A stretch of DNA of 55,890 nt, from positions 1 through 55,890 of the forward strand of contig CAPSSR010000002.1 in the NCBI GenBank assembly GCA_948701955.1, in the 5' to 3' direction. Of this stretch, positions 55,399-55,890 are shown piece by piece. Made by a program: the position numbers and the translations under genes. The stretch is from an uncultured Anaeroplasmataceae bacterium. Its GTDB lineage: Bacteria; Bacillota_I; Bacilli_A; Acholeplasmatales; Anaeroplasmataceae. Every line of letters begins with the position of its first letter. Position 1 is the stretch's first letter. Under the pieces are notes generated by a model. That model worked only from the letters and a program-made list of their open reading frames with translations. It had not been told where the DNA came from and made no database searches.

Positions 55399-55890
55399 AT
55401 GCAGAATACAAAAATATTAGAGATGCTCAATAATGGGCAGATTGAAGAGCTGAAGGCGTTGATTCAAGAGGAGATATTTACAAATGAACTGAAAAGTAAA
55501 CCAGGAGCAAAGCAGCGCTACTTAGCTATGAAGAAATACTTTTCATATATAAAGAATTCAAATCCAGTTCTTGCAAAGCCTTGTATGATTGAGTTTGAAG
55601 GGGAAAAGTATACTTCTTTTGTTAACGGATATTCGATAGCCCTAACAAAAGAGTCAAGTGGAGAAATGCAACTTTTTGAAGAACCAGAAAAGTATTTGAA
55701 TGTAGGGAAAATGATAAGATATGATGGAAATGTAAAGAAAATCGATTTTAACTTAATATTGGCTGAGGCAAAAAGTAAGGGGTATAAATTGAAAAGTTCA
55801 GAAGTGGATCTGAATGGAGATTTTAGATATGTGATTCATTATAATGATGCATATTTTAAAATTGGTTTGCTAGATTCTACATATAGTATC
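55399..55890 (+). CDS. hypothetical protein, 5' part (runs off right edge)
   Basis: ATG after RBS ggagg; open for 164 codons to end of window. Confidence 0.45.
   Translation, partial: MQNTKILEMLNNGQIEELKALIQEEIFTNELKSKPGAKQRYLAMKKYFSYIKNSNPVLAKPCMIEFEGEKYTSFVNGYSIALTKESSGEMQLFEEPEKYLNVGKMIRYDGNVKKIDFNLILAEAKSKGYKLKSSEVDLNGDFRYVIHYNDAYFKIGLLDSTYSI

Noticed and set aside
1-55890. CRISPR arrays, rRNA genes, stop-codon recoding, lysis cassette
   Set aside because: No regularly spaced direct repeats of 25-40 bp were seen. No rRNA-like conserved blocks. ORFs are full length with standard stops, and no suppressor tRNA is among the four tRNAs. No endolysin or holin motifs were recognised, so the lysis module is presumably outside the window.

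Overview
The window is about 56 kb of low-GC DNA (roughly 30 percent GC by eye) with Shine-Dalgarno-type ribosome binding sites. It reads as a tailed phage, prophage or phage-like mobile element of a low-GC Gram-positive host. From 1 to 37060 the genes are almost all on the minus strand. Reading right to left along that strand, a DNA-metabolism and early block (ParB-like, dCMP deaminase, an 836-aa putative nucleotidyl-transferase, a metallophosphoesterase, HU, a multi-zinc-ribbon nuclease) is followed by a tyrosine integrase, a cluster of five or six tail-fibre or appendage genes (glycine-rich and repeat-rich), then moron-like inserts (T5orf172 protein, membrane protein), and the packaging genes (candidate small terminase, TerL, portal). 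Four tRNA genes lie on the minus strand: Asn-GTT, Lys-TTT, Tyr-GTA and an unusual Ile-TAT. A central ORF-poor zone (37061-42790) holds an origin-like region with nested inverted repeats and a strand-skewed A+C tract, a divergent set of XRE-type HTH regulators with a tandemly duplicated promoter-plus-HTH-gene unit, and a roughly 1.5-kb stretch that is GC-elevated, purine-rich, dense in hairpins and stop-saturated; I flag this stretch as a candidate large structured ncRNA. The right 13 kb is a plus-strand array of small genes, including a Uma2 endonuclease, three tandem zinc-ribbon membrane paralogs, an RHH protein and a hicAB toxin-antitoxin pair, driven by repeated promoter-like elements. No CRISPR array, rRNA or lysis cassette was found. 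All functional calls are motif-level readings of the supplied translations; no searches were run.
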